The position numbers and the translations under genes are program-made. 64,000 nucleotides of DNA from Antedon mediterranea (taxonomy: Eukaryota; Animalia; Echinodermata), in assembly GCF_964355755.1 (NCBI RefSeq), contig NC_092676.1, forward strand, positions 2,175,788 to 2,239,787. The letters are read 5' to 3'. Position 1 is the first letter of the stretch. Every line of letters begins with the position of its first letter. A model generated the notes under the pieces. It had not been told where the DNA came from and did not search any database. It worked only from the letters and a program-made list of their open reading frames with translations. Positions 12,701-25,375 of the stretch are shown here, in pieces.

Positions 12701-13837
12701 GTACCAAAAACACACCCAATTGATGATGGACAAATTCACTTTTGTCAAATCAAGCAGGAATTTGTTGAACTGCAAGAGATTGCCACAGAAAATTAAAAAA
12801 ACGTGACAACCGCTGACTATCTAACATTACAAGCAAATGAATCTGTAATAGTAGGTGAAACCATCGTAGTAAAAGTAAGAAAACTACATAAATGTAAAGT
12901 AGATGAAACTCAACTAAATGCAACATGGACGACACAGGAAGTTGAGGAACAAATAAAGTTTCAAGAAGAAAATGGAGAATATTTATTTACAGGAAAATAT
13001 GAAAGCCCAGAAGTTCGTAGATTAGATGTGACAGTTAATGGCAAACACATCATAAACTCACCAATGAAAATCACAGTACAAAAAGAACTAATCAATTCTA
13101 TCAAACTAGACTTTGTTGGTCAAGATGTTCTTAAGTATAAAGATGATTGCTTGGTTTCATGTTCCACAAATGAAATACAAAAGTATAAGCCATCAGGAGA
13201 ACATATTGGTGAAATTAGATTACCAGAAGAAACAGAAGTTAACAGAATGTTCAAAATGAAGAATGGTAACATAGCATTCAGTGATAAAGTTAAAGAGTGT
13301 GTTAAAATATGCAATATGAATGGTGAGGTGGTTAAAACATTTGGTCATGGAATACTGTCAAATTCAAGAGGTATCCATGTAGATGAAGAGTCAAATGTTG
13401 TCTATGTAGCTGATTATCATAATGGTACAGTTGTATTTGACTTTATTAGTAGAAAGGTCATCCGTAGATGGTCAAAGCCTGATATGCAAGTCATGGATGT
13501 CACTTTTACTAATCAAAGGGATATTCTCATATTGGATTCACATTATGGATTACAACTAACTGATAATGATGGAACACCAATTAAAGTTCTTGTTGAAATA
13601 TCGGATAATGTTGTTATTGGAAAACTGACAAACCCACGTGCAGTAGTAGTTGATAAGCATGATAACGTCATTGTATCAAGTGATTACAATGTACAACTCT
13701 TTGACAAAGATGGTAATTTCATAAGAGTGATTAGTGAAAGAAAGGGTTCATTGGGAATATGCATCATTTCACATCAGCCGCGAAACATTGCTGTAACAAA
13801 TCAGGTTGACGAAACATTGCAAATACTTAGTTACTAA
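9735..13837 (+). CDS. Unit A: DED-DED + TRADD-N-like + B-box2/coiled coil, RING-less; join(9735..9753,10093..10626,10988..11806,12105..12796), 687 aa; an in-frame TAA at 12794-12796 cuts off the otherwise open filamin/NHL part (to 13837)
   Basis: All introns GT-AG and phase 1; frame checked across each junction; ORFs 12131 and 12803 are in the same frame, separated by one TAA. Confidence 0.7.
10093..10626 (+). CDS. Tandem death-effector-domain exon, unit A
   Basis: Two ~80-aa helical repeats with the DED pattern (F..AL...LK.LY...I....L......DLL..L....LS..DLT.LY and FS.HQ.KIL.LG.EL..EDV.KI...WSLL.DL....I); 534 nt, phase 1-1. Confidence 0.75.
10698..10861. mobile_element. Tc1/mariner-type MITE in a unit A intron
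   Basis: TA|CAATCAACTC ... GAGTTGATTG|TA. Confidence 0.65.
10988..11806 (+). CDS. Unit A linker exon: basic patch, IDxxLQSL repeats, C-terminal TRADD-N-like domain
   Basis: LKLTKAEHGSIIFNLSVLDTIALIHLREMYQSGELLLKLSEILV resembles the metazoan TRADD-N-like motif; 819 nt, phase 1-1. Confidence 0.7.
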
Positions 13838-14030
13838 ATCACAGGAAATGTGTTTCCCATAAAAATTAACTATATTATGCTGAAGAAGTTTCCGGCTAAC
13901 AGATAAAAATTATGTAATATCTAGTGTTGAGATGGAAAAATGAACTTTCATTCTAATATTAAAAGAGCACTTTAACCATTTAATTTTTCTATTTGTTTGT
14001 ATTGTATTATTTTTTTTATTACTGTTATAT

Positions 14031-14200
14031 TGTTATGGTGCTCGATATGTTTCAGGTAATATATTACAGAGAGACACCGGACATCCGAGGATCTGATATA
14101 TCTACACAACAGACACGTGCGATGAATAAAGTTAAATAAAGTTACTGATGTATTGTCGTATATAATTTGTTAATCTACTAACCATTAGACAACCAAAACA
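14031..14200 (+). mobile_element. Probable solo LTR, 170 bp
   Basis: TGTTATGGT...ACCAAAACA inverted termini, 5-bp TATAT duplication on both sides, two internal AATAAA. Confidence 0.6.
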
Positions 14201-15104
14201 TATATGTTCTGTACATGTGTGTGTAATTTTAAGCATCAAGGAAAACAAATGTCATGTTCACCTTGTTGTGGTCATGACAATAAAGATTATTTTATCTTAT
14301 CTTAAAATGAATCTTTAAAATGAATGTTAATCAAGTATCAAAAATTAATGTTAATGTCCATTCTACCATGTAAAACATAAAACCTACTTCTCTTGGTATG
14401 GAAAGATACAATTTGATTTATTTAAAATGGTCAACATAATTAAAGCAATGTTCAAATGTGTAAGTTTAATGAATTTTTTAAAAAAGTATTAAAGAATTTT
14501 AACTGCATATACATACCATAAAAAAACACTGAAACAATTATGCAAAATTTGGCCTAAAATATTATCTAAAAGAAACGATTGTAAGTCATCGAATATTCTT
14601 TTAAAGAAATGCAAAATAAAAACAAAGGTATTTTGTTGATCAAAAAAAGGAAAATTTCACCAGCAGCTATGTGATTTAGAAAGCTTTTTTTCTACTATTT
14701 CTTTTAAATAAACAAGTTTTACAAAGATTTACAGTACTGGTATTTATTTTCTATGATTTACTAAAAATAGTATTTTTTTTTTTTCGGAATACCAAGATGA
14801 CATAATATATCCATAGCAATAAAAAATAAGAAGCTTAATCTAAGAACTCATAGCACAAAAAACAAACAAATTTAAGTTTTACAGAATAACAGACAAAAAT
14901 ATATATATATATATATATAAAGTCAATGCAACAAGGCATTCTACTGTATGTGCATTATTGACACATTAAGAATGTGGCGATTAATGGCCATGATCAAAGA
15001 ATTACTTGCGTTCACACGATTTCTAAAACTAAAAACAGATGAAGTCATCAAAAGATGGAACCTCATTCAAAACAAAAAACATGCTAGCACTACACTTTCT
15101 AGGC

Positions 15105-17370
15105 TGCACTGATCAACTTAAGGATCCAAGAACTTTAACTTGTCTCCACACCTTCTGTTTGACATGTCTAGAAACATGGGTGACAACTAAAGAGACACTA
15201 ACTTGCCCTACATGCTGCAAAACATATCCAATTCCAGAGGGCGGTCTTCACAAGCTTGCACCGAATACATTTCTAAACAACATTTTAGAAACTGTTCAAC
15301 ACTTTTTTGAGAAAGAAGCAAAGAATTGTGTTTGTGGGATGGTTGAAAAAGTGGAAAGTTACTGTCAGGATTGTAAGGAGTACATATGTTCTATTTGTTG
15401 CACCAGTCATAAAGGAATCCCAGCCTTGAGAAGTCACAAGCTATATTCCATGAATGAGATGAAAGAAATGAGCTCAATACAGATTGCATCATTACATCCC
15501 CACAGTATGAGGCCCACAGTGAAGCTTTTAAGTTTTACTGCAAGGATTGTGAACACCTAATCTGTGTGAGTTGTACAATCCTGGGTCACAGAGGTTGTGA
15601 AGGGAGACAAAAGCCAATAGCAATTTCAGAAGCATTTGAAAAATTTAAGGAAACTTCAGCAGAATTACAAAAGGATGCATATACTTATAGAAAAAAATTA
15701 GAAAACATCTTAAAAGCAGGTATATCTACTCATGTAGAACTGGACAAAAATATATCAAATTGTTTGCAAGACATTGAAGATTATGTACAAGAATCCATTA
15801 AGACAATCAATGGGGAGATAATGAAGAGGCAAGTAAAAACAATTTATGAAATGAAAAAGACAGAGATTGATGAACAAAAGAATGAATTAAGAAAAACTAT
15901 TTCTGATGTGGACACAAAACTTGATTATTTTCATAAATTATTGAAAGGAAATGAAGTATCAGTAATTGCATCTGGTAAAATGGTAGTTAAAGGACTGACA
16001 GACAGAATAAATGATTTACCAAAAACAGAATTGATGATGGACAAATTTACTTTTGTCGAATAAAACAGCAATTTGTTCAATTACAACAGTTACACACCGA
16101 AAATGCAACAGCTGAATATGTAACATTACAAGCAAATGAATCTGTAACATTACAAGCAAATGAATCTGCAATAGAATATGAAACCATTGTAATAAAAGTA
16201 AGAAAACTTAATGAATGTGAAGTAGATGCAAGTCAACTGAATGCAACATGGATAACACAGCATGGACTGGAAGAAGTAAAGTTTGAAGAAGAAAATGGAG
16301 AATATGTCTTGACAAAAAAAATTACAAGCATAGGAGTTTGTAGATTAGATGTGACAGTTGATGGTAAATACATCAAAAATTCACCAATGAAAATCACAGT
16401 AGAAAAAGAACTAATCAATTCTATCAACCTAGGCTTGGTTGGTCAAGATGTACTCAGGTATAAAGATGATTGCTTGCTGGTTTCATGTTGCACAAATGTA
16501 ATACTTAAGTGTAAGACATCAGGAGAATACATTGGTGAAATTGAACTACCAAAAGATACACAAGTTTACAGAATGTTCAAAATGAAGAATGGTGACATAG
16601 CATTCAGTGACAATGTCAGGAAGTGCATTACAATATGCACAATGGATGGTGAGGTGGTTAGAACATTTGGTCAAGGAGTATTGAAATTTCTAAGAGATAT
16701 CTATGTAGATGTGTTGTGTACTAACACCATTTAAGGTAAATATCTGAACAATAAAAGCACAACAAGTAAACACACGTGAGTCTAGGTTTAGTCGTTCTCC
16801 ATCTTCCCCGCATCCGGGGCTTTATTCATTCTCCACAACACTATATATATAGAGGGCGTTAGACCATTACAATCGGTTACAATTACAGTACAAGTAATGT
16901 ACAGTATATGACAAGATGAAGTGTCAGATGTTGTCTATGTAGCAGATTCTGATAATGGTACAGTGGTATTGGACCTTGGTAGTGGACAGGTCATCAATAG
17001 ATGGACACAACCTAATACTTATGTCCGAGATGTTACTATGACGAACCAAAGACAGATTCTCATATTGGACTCGCGTCATGGATTACTACTAGCTGGTAAT
17101 AATGGAAGACTAATCAAAGTTCTTGTTGAAATATCGGATAATGTTGTGTTTGGAAAACTGACAAACCCCAGTGCAGTAGTAGTTGATAAACATGATAACA
17201 TCATTGTATCAAGTCGGTACAATGTGCAACTTTTTGACAAAGATGGTAAATTCATAAAAGTGATTGGTAAAATAAAGGGTTCATTAGAAATATGCATCAT
17301 TTCACATCAGCCGCGAAAAATTGCTGTAACAAATCAGTATGACAAAACATTGCAAATACTTAATTACTAA
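15105..17370 (+). pseudogene. TRIM-NHL pseudogene T2 (mosaic; start missing, frameshifts, solo-LTR insertion)
   Basis: Homology starts inside the RING at TGCACTGATC; frame breaks near 15500 and 16030; 24-nt tandem duplication at ~16121-16168; insertion at 16712-16913. Confidence 0.88.
16712..16913 (-). mobile_element. Solo LTR, 202 bp, inserted in the NHL coding region
   Basis: TGT...ACA termini; AGATG duplicated at 16707-16711 and 16914-16918; empty site visible in T1 near 5990; TATA-like tract then AATAAA on the minus strand. Confidence 0.85.
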
Positions 17371-17392
17371 AACATATCTATGTTTTCCTTAA

Positions 17393-17986
17393 AGGCCAGG
17401 TGCGGGCAAAAAATTTCTATTGATCATACATTCCAATAATTATCGATCTATAGTTTCCCCTATGTTTCATAATTTTTGGGATTTTATTTGTGTTACATGA
17501 GTTTGTTGAAAATAAGCACTTTCTTATCAGTGGGGGGATAGTTCAAATTACACAGTAAAATCTCTATTCGTTTGTACACACATTTTGTAAATAGAGAGGC
17601 ATTTTAAAAAGCTATGAAAAATAAACGGTGTGGTAAAAAATGTTATCAGATGACTAAATATAGGTAATATAACTTGAATATTACATTTCTGATATTTTTA
17701 TTCAGCTTCAGATTTTTATTTTCATGCTATAGCAAAAATTATCCACCGTATATCCACCATCTTTTTTCACCGTCTAGGGAGTCACCAGACATGTTATTAC
17801 ATTAGGTTAACTACCTAACTACTGAAAAAAAGTCTTTCTGGTTTTTATGGAAGAATTTTGCCAAATTTTGTATTTGACCATATTAAGTGAAATTCATGTT
17901 TTTTCGTCTAGATTTCTGTTACAAATATTTGATTTATGTACAATTAACCAAATATTAAATTTAAAATTCATGCTTGTACCTGAGCT
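17393..17986. mobile_element. Non-autonomous TTAA-targeting DNA transposon (Kolobok-like), 594 bp
   Basis: TTAA duplicated; empty site CCTTAAAGTG in the T1 3' flank at ~6457; imperfect TIRs AGGCCAGGTGCGGGCA / AGCTCAGGTACAAGCA. Confidence 0.8.
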
Positions 17987-18171
17987 TTAAAGTGTCTTTT
18001 AGAAATAAACTTTGTTCTTCTGAAGAAGTCGGAGTGCTAGCAGATTAAATACAGTATGTTATTATCCAGTTTTGAGATTCAAAGTTTAAATGGTTGAATT
18101 GTTATATTACCTACACAGATGAACTTTTATACTAATATATTAAAAACGCACTTAAAATCAATCTTAAAATT

Positions 18172-18375
18172 ATTGCTCCAGAAACAACAATTTGAACGGA
18201 CAGATGGGCTGCCTACAATCACATCCAAAATCAAGGATTTGACCATGGTACTGTAAATCACTAAAGACATTTTGTAGATCCAGCGACAAACGTCTGTACA
18301 AATTGAGTTGAGTCGAAGTGGTCAAGAGTCAAGGCTGAAATGAAGGTGCAACAAGGGCCAACTAATCCAGAATTG
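18172..18375 (+). mobile_element. Second copy of the Merlin transposase fragment (co-duplicated)
   Basis: Near-identical to 6644-6842, with shared upstream flank. Confidence 0.72.
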
Positions 18376-18710
18376 TCAGAGATGTTACTATGACGAACCA
18401 AAGACAGATACTGATATTAAACAAACATTGTGGATTAAAACTCACTGATAAAATGGAAAACTAATCAAAGTTCTTGTTGGAATATCAGATACTATTGAAG
18501 GTGCAAAGCTATACTCTCTCAGGCAGTAGTTGTTGATCAACATGATGATAACATTATTGTATCAATTCATTACAGTGTACAACTTTTAATTTCATTAAAG
18601 TTATTTGTGAGACAACATTGACAGATGGATTATGCATCATTTCACATCAGTCATGGAAAACTTCAGTAATAATTCAGCTTGACAAAACATTAGAAATACT
18701 TATTTACTAT
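18376..18710 (+). pseudogene. Orphan TRIM NHL tail fragment
   Basis: GAGATGTTACTATGACGAACCAAAGACAG ... GAAATACTTATTTAC matches the TRIM C-terminus, with indels. Confidence 0.8.
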
Positions 18711-19817
18711 AAACACAGGAAATATATTTCACTATACAGTACCTAGTAAACTTTACAAAAATATCTTTTAAAACATAAATTATATTTAAAAAGCACTCTT
18801 CTAATTCTATAGAATAAATGATATAATAAATCTATTCTTGCTGAAGTGAATTCTACCATGTAAAATATAAATCCTACTTATCTTGGAAAAGATACAATTT
18901 CTTTTATTTAAAATATAAATGCAGCAAGCAATGTTATACTTTTGAAGTTTAGCCATTTTGTTTATATTAAAGAATTTCAACTGCATAAACACACCAATAA
19001 AATTCGTATACAAAATGTTGCCTAAATATGATCATCTTGGTAAAATAAATTATTGTCATCAAATTTACTAGAATCTCTGCTGTATTTTGTAAATTTTCAG
19101 ACTATTAGTACTACTAAGGAAGTAATTTTTTGTCCTCTGAACCTGCCTAAACATTTTGAATAAAACAGTTGTACAAGGATTTAAAGTACTGGAATTTTTA
19201 TGATTCACTAACAATTGTAATAAACTCAGTAGCATCTAAATATCAGACTAAAAACAAATATAAGTTATCTATTTGGTGTTTGTATTGAATGGACGATGAA
19301 GATATTAACACATCAATACTAAAGTCTAGTTTACATAGGCTATTTAACCTTTGCACACAAACGAAAAAATTATCAGAATATTCATGATTCTATTCACTAT
19401 AAGCACCTACTGCAGAAGGAAAGAAGCTCGTCGGTTACGAATTTCAATTTAAAATTCTATAAAACTACAGGTATTTTGCACTATTTTTTGTAAATACATT
19501 TATCTATTATTTGTTAGTATTTCTTTTTATATATAATTGCACTTGTAGATACACATGTCCTAATTGTACCTCTTGTACGAGGGTGCGAGTCTAACTGTTT
19601 GTTCTACCTGTATGTAGTTTCATTCCACATTTTAACACGGAAGTAATTATCTTAAACAAGTCACTTTTTACAACAATTAAATAAAGCTCTTTAGTACTAT
19701 ACAGAAAAATTTCAACTAATCAACTTCAGTGATATCAACATTATCATATCAAAAGTATATTTAATAATTACAAATTATGATTTCCAATATTATCAACTGT
19801 TCACAGATTATTCTAAG

Positions 19818-21962
19818 ATGGCTGCCAGTAAGCCAAATAAGATTCTAGAAGACATCAACGAACATCTTGAGTGTAGCATCTGCACTGATCAACTTAAGGA
19901 TCCAAGAACTTTAACTTGTCTCCACACCTTCTGTTTGACATGTCTAGAAAAATGGGTGACAACTAAAGGTACACTCACTTGCCCTACATGCTGCAAAACA
20001 TATCCAATTCCAGAGGGCGGTCTTCACAAGCTTGCACCGAATACATTTCTAAACAACATTTTAGAAACTGTTCAACACTTTTTTGAGAAAGAAGCAAAGA
20101 ATTGTGTTTGTGGGATGGGTGAAAAAGTGAAAAGTTACTGTCAGGATTGTAAGGAGTACATATGTTCCATTTGTTGCGCCAGTCATAAAGGAATTCCAGC
20201 CTTGAGAAGTCACAAGCTATATTCCATGAATGAGATGAAAGAAATGAGCTCAATACAGATTGCATCATTACATCCCCCACGGTGTGAGGCCCACAGTGAA
20301 CCTTTTAAGTTTTACTGCAAGGATTGTGAACACCTAATCTGTGTGAGTTGTACAATCTTGGGTCACAGAGATTGTGAAGGGAGACAAAAGCCAATAGCAA
20401 TTTCAGAGGCATTCAAAACATTTAAGAACATTTCAGCAGAATTACAAAAGGATGCATATACTTATAGAAAAAAATTAGAAAACATCTTAAAAGCAGGTAT
20501 ATCTACTCATGTAGAACTGGACAAAAATAAATCAAATTGTTTGCAAGACATTAAAGATTATGTACAAGAATCCATTAAGACAATCAAAAAGAATGGAGAT
20601 ACAATGAAGTGGCAAGTAAAAACAATTTATGAAAGGAAAAAGACAGAGATTGATGAACAAATGAATGAATTAAGAAAAACTATTTCTGATGTGGACACAA
20701 CACTTGATTATTTTCATCAACTATTAAAAGGAAATGCAGTATCAGTAATGGAATCGGGTAAAATGGTAGTTAAAGGACTGACAGACAGAATAAATGATTT
20801 ACCGAAAACAGACAGAATTGATGACGGACAAACTGACTTTTATCAAATCAAACGGCAATTTGTTCAACTACAAAAGTTCAATCCTGAAAATGTAACAAAA
20901 GTGACAACAGCTGACCATTTAACTTTACAAGGAAATGAATCTGTGATAGAAAAAGAAACAATTGTAATAAAAGTAAGAAAACAAAGTAAATGTAAAATAG
21001 ATGCAACTCAACTGAATGCAACATGGTCTACAAAGCATGAGCAGGAAAAAGTCAAGTTTGAAGAAGAAAATGGAGAATATGTCTTGACAAGAAAATGTAC
21101 AAGCGTAGGAGTTTCAAGATTAGATGTGATAGTTGATGGCAAACACATCATAAATTCACCAAAGACAATAACAGTAAAAAAAGAACTAATAAATTCTATT
21201 AACCTTAACTTTGAAGGTAAAGATGTACTTAAGTATAAAGATGATTGTTTGCTGGTTTCATGTTGGACAAATGAAATACATAAGTATAAGTCATCAGGAA
21301 AATACATTGGAAAAATTGTACTACCAGAAGAAACAGAAGTTAACAGAATGTTCAAAATAAAGAATGGTAACATAACGTTCAGTGATGTTGGTAAGAAGTG
21401 CATTACAATATGCAATATGAAGGGTGACGTGGTTAAAACATTTGGTCACGGAATACTGTCATATCCACAAGGTATCCATGTAGATGAGGAATCAAATGTT
21501 ATCTATGTAGTAGATACATACCAAGGTTGTCTAGCTGTATTTGACATTGATAATGGTCAGGTCATCCATAGAGATTGCTTACAGCATGTTAGGTCCAGGC
21601 CCAGACCTCTCATAGATGTCACCTTTACAAATCAAAAACAGCTTCTCACAATATCAACACATCATTTTGGATTAAACCTCATTGACCTTATTGATGGAAG
21701 GCTAGTGAAAGTTCTTGTTGAACAATCAGAATTTTGGAAATTTGGAAACGTGAATGAATCACGTGCAGTAGTTGTGGATAAAGATGATAATATTATTGTA
21801 TCATGCAAATATCATGTACAAATCTTTGATAAAGATGGTAAATTCATAAAGGAGATTGGTAACATAAAGAAGAGACATGGAATATGCATAATTTCACATC
21901 AACCAAAACAAATTGCTGTGCTAAATCTGATCGATAATACATTAGAAATATTAAATTATTAA
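19818..21962 (+). CDS. TRIM-NHL copy T3, 714 aa, intact
   Basis: Same architecture as T1; uninterrupted ORF; CACAG acceptor at 19806. Confidence 0.9.
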   Translation: MAASKPNKILEDINEHLECSICTDQLKDPRTLTCLHTFCLTCLEKWVTTKGTLTCPTCCKTYPIPEGGLHKLAPNTFLNNILETVQHFFEKEAKNCVCGMGEKVKSYCQDCKEYICSICCASHKGIPALRSHKLYSMNEMKEMSSIQIASLHPPRCEAHSEPFKFYCKDCEHLICVSCTILGHRDCEGRQKPIAISEAFKTFKNISAELQKDAYTYRKKLENILKAGISTHVELDKNKSNCLQDIKDYVQESIKTIKKNGDTMKWQVKTIYERKKTEIDEQMNELRKTISDVDTTLDYFHQLLKGNAVSVMESGKMVVKGLTDRINDLPKTDRIDDGQTDFYQIKRQFVQLQKFNPENVTKVTTADHLTLQGNESVIEKETIVIKVRKQSKCKIDATQLNATWSTKHEQEKVKFEEENGEYVLTRKCTSVGVSRLDVIVDGKHIINSPKTITVKKELINSINLNFEGKDVLKYKDDCLLVSCWTNEIHKYKSSGKYIGKIVLPEETEVNRMFKIKNGNITFSDVGKKCITICNMKGDVVKTFGHGILSYPQGIHVDEESNVIYVVDTYQGCLAVFDIDNGQVIHRDCLQHVRSRPRPLIDVTFTNQKQLLTISTHHFGLNLIDLIDGRLVKVLVEQSEFWKFGNVNESRAVVVDKDDNIIVSCKYHVQIFDKDGKFIKEIGNIKKRHGICIISHQPKQIAVLNLIDNTLEILNY

Positions 21963-24679
21963 ACAACATTCTTACAAAAATATTCTAAAATATACATTTA
22001 TATGTTATTTTTTCATACTTAGACGTAATGTTGCATGGTCAACTTTCTGTAATAAATATGAAGTTGCTGTGCAATGCAGTAAGTACAACTAAACAATTCT
22101 TCTAAAGTTATCATTGAAATACTTGTGGTGTAATGATCAGCAACTTACAAAGTTTATTAGCTTATTAAACACTGTACTGTATTTTTAAGTTGATTTATTT
22201 TTTTTCATTTTGGTAAAACAAATTTCAATGCTTACATTTTATTTGGACTATAGACAGGAGTAAATAAACATGCTGCATATTTAAATGAATGAAAATATAC
22301 TAAAATAGTCAGAACTATTTTCACCTTTAAAACAAATACTATATCATATTGTATTGATATGTCCATCTCTATGGAAAAATAAACTTTGTAATATACTGTA
22401 ATCTTGTTTGGAATGTTGTATTTTTTTTTGTCTTTTATTTTCTATTTAGCCCGTTGTTTCCAACATAGTTTTGTAATTATGGTTGCTTTTAACAGATTAC
22501 ATTATCTGGTAAACACGTCTTGTCTTTCTTTCTCAAAGAAGTTTATTTCACAAAGTACCCTCGATGCTTTGAGTCAATGAATTACAGAAACAGTACCTTT
22601 TTAAAATTTTATTGAAATTATATTGTGCCCTCTAATTTGGTTAAAATTCAAGCAAAAGAAACTAAATTCAGAGTTGATTACATGCGCTGTAAATAAAATG
22701 TATGTAGTAGCAAACTATAAAAAAACTTATCCAAACAATCTTATTAAATCACCTAGAATACACATGTGCATGTTTGTTTTGTGAGATATTATAAAACATA
22801 ACAAGGCCAAAAGAAAGTAAATGCAGATTGAATAAAGTTTGCTTTAAAGCAATGCACAATAAACAATAAGGGTTACTTGATGCAAATTTTAAATGCAAAG
22901 AACATGTTTAAAAGTTACCAGCATCTGTGTGTTATTTTCTGTGTTACTAACCTTTCAATTAAGTTGTTGCACTGTATAAGTCAATATGCAATTTCATTTT
23001 GGACAAATAAAATGAGCATTGTTATAAAAGGCATTGTAAAAATGTTGATACTGCTGTTGTTTGTATATTTCTAAACATTTGTTTGCATATTATACTTTTC
23101 AACTATGCACCTAACAGAACCATTGGACTGAAATCCGCTTTGTCTATTGTCAACACATAACTTAGCAAAGTTGAGTGCTGCCATGGTGATTGGCTATGTT
23201 GTTCTCCCTTGAATGGGATGCTATAGAAAAGTTTAGTGTGCCTAAGATTGTAGACAGAATCACAACTTATTATCAGAGTCTCAAGTGGTCCAGTAAACAA
23301 AATGTGCCAACTAAATTTATTAGTTACATAATCATATTAAAGTTGTAGAGAGAATGGACAATCTTTTCTACCTACTGAGATGCCTCCAATATTTTAAGAT
23401 TGCTTGCTCATTGTGACAGATTTAAACCTATGAATATGCAACATTTCAGTTTTGCTCCACTCTGATTTCCACCCTATTTTTGCCTTTCTTGAGCTGTGTT
23501 TTTTTAATATTGCCTGCGATGCAATACAGTAGTTCCCCAGGGTCTGCAATAAGTAATGCAACATAGAAACAGTTTTTTCCATCTTTCAGAATTTCAGACA
23601 ATATACAAAATAAGTAATATCATTTGACAACATGGCTGAATCAGGTACGTCAATAGAACTAGAAAACCATAAAAAAAAATCCTGGAGATCATCAAATTAT
23701 TCAAGTCTTCCTTATAAAAAATGTAATCCTGCCTCAATCTGACCAATAAAATCAGTTTATTTTGCCAATATCTCACCTGTTCTCTTTGGAGTTAAAAAAG
23801 GTGTACACATAATTTCTAAAAATCTTTAAAATGTGTTGTAAAGTTCTGTTTCAATAAAATGGTATGAGTAAAGTATATTTTGATCTTATCTTCTTTTATT
23901 CCTCTTTCATAGAAACATCTGACAAATCGTTCAATCAGGCTCGCTTTTTCAACTTGGTACGATAAACGAAACCTGATCAGGAAACTGAAAGTTTTGTATC
24001 AAGGTCACATTGCAGAAACTGACTTGTATAATGCCTCTACAACAATGGACTTGCTGCAGCAGTTGATTGATTCTGGGGACCTAAGTTCAAAAGATCTCAC
24101 CATTCTCTATGATACCATAAAGATCACTAGACAGTTTGCTATTGTGGACAAACTTCAACTTCACATCCCATCTTTTCCTGATGTTAAACCCATCATTATT
24201 ACAAGATTCAGTCTTCATCAACAAATGATTCTGAATTTAGGCAATGTACTAATACAGGAGGATGTGAACAAAATTGATGGTGCGTACAATCGTCCTCCAA
24301 AGAATTATCAAGATGGATGGAGTCTTCTCATGGATTTACAACACACCAATGTAATTTGTGATAAAGAGAATCAAATGGATAAATTTATTGAGACCGTAAA
24401 GTTGCTTGAATTACATAGAGCTACTGAAACTCTTACAGGTATTTTGATGGAAAATGTTTACATTTAATAGTTATTCGGGAATAGTTTAAAATATTACTTA
24501 ATTGTAACCATGCACCTGAAATTGTAATAATTGATATTTAACCTCAAATATCTTTATTTATAATGGATTTTACTTCATGGTAAGTAAACTTAAATTTAAA
24601 GTTAAAACGGTCAAAAAAGTTTAGTGCATCAAGTTAAGGTAAAGTTTAGAATGTCTCAAATGCATAAAAATAAATAATC

Positions 24680-25375
24680 TTTATTCGAGGGAGGAGTTTA
24701 TTTGGGTGAGGTGTTTATTTTTTTGGGTGTAATATGGTAACATGTATACCATATTTATTTGAATAAATGGCAGCCATTTATTGTTCAGGTAGGTTTTTAG
24801 GGGGGGGGGAGTTTATTCGAGCAGTTCCATTTATTATGGGGAGGCGTTTATTTTTTTGCGTGTAAAATAGTAACATGTAATCAAATAAAAATCGAGAAGT
24901 GATAAAATACAATACAATTTGTATCAAAATGCTTGTAGATCATGTCAATCAATGAATTCAACTACAAATAGTAATGGAGCTGTAGCTTGGTGGTTAGTGT
25001 GCTTACCTTCCACTCTCAAGGTCCAGGGTTCAATCTGACCTAGTGCCAGAGGACTGACTATTTCAACTCCACTCCTTAAGCCTCAAATGAGTTTATAAGC
25101 ACGATTAAATATAAAATAATTTATCAATTGGTGAGTTTGTGCTCGCTGTTGGATGCGTATCAAAAAAAAAGAAAAAATATAAATGTGTTGTATTTGTGTA
25201 TAATTCATGTGGCGGGATGTTTATTTTAGAAAATAAATAAATGCCCCGGGGCGTTTATTTGAGAGGGGGAGGTTATTCTTCAAAATGATGTTTTATGGGG
25301 GGGGGGGGGGTGAAATTTGTGCGCGTTTATTTGAGGTAGGTGTTTATTCAAGGCGGAAAGTTTAATCGATTAACT
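24680..25375. repeat. Degenerate GGCGTTTATT-rich repeat / MITE remnants
   Basis: Repeated GG(C/T)GTTTATT motifs with G-runs; termini not resolved. Confidence 0.4.
24976..25090 (+). mobile_element. tRNA-derived SINE head (decayed)
   Basis: A-box-like TAGCTTGGTGG and B-box-like GGTTCAATC at tRNA-like spacing; no complete cloverleaf. Confidence 0.5.

Noticed and set aside
12794-12802. Programmed stop-codon readthrough in unit A
   Set aside because: TAA-A is not a recognised leaky context and paralogs have a sense codon there; a nonsense mutation is the simpler explanation.
15039-15104. Novel N-terminus for T2
   Set aside because: Chance open frame upstream of a 5'-truncated copy that lacks the first RING cysteine and frameshifts soon after.
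24976-25050. tRNA gene
   Set aside because: A and B boxes are present but the stems do not pair into a cloverleaf; better explained as a SINE head.
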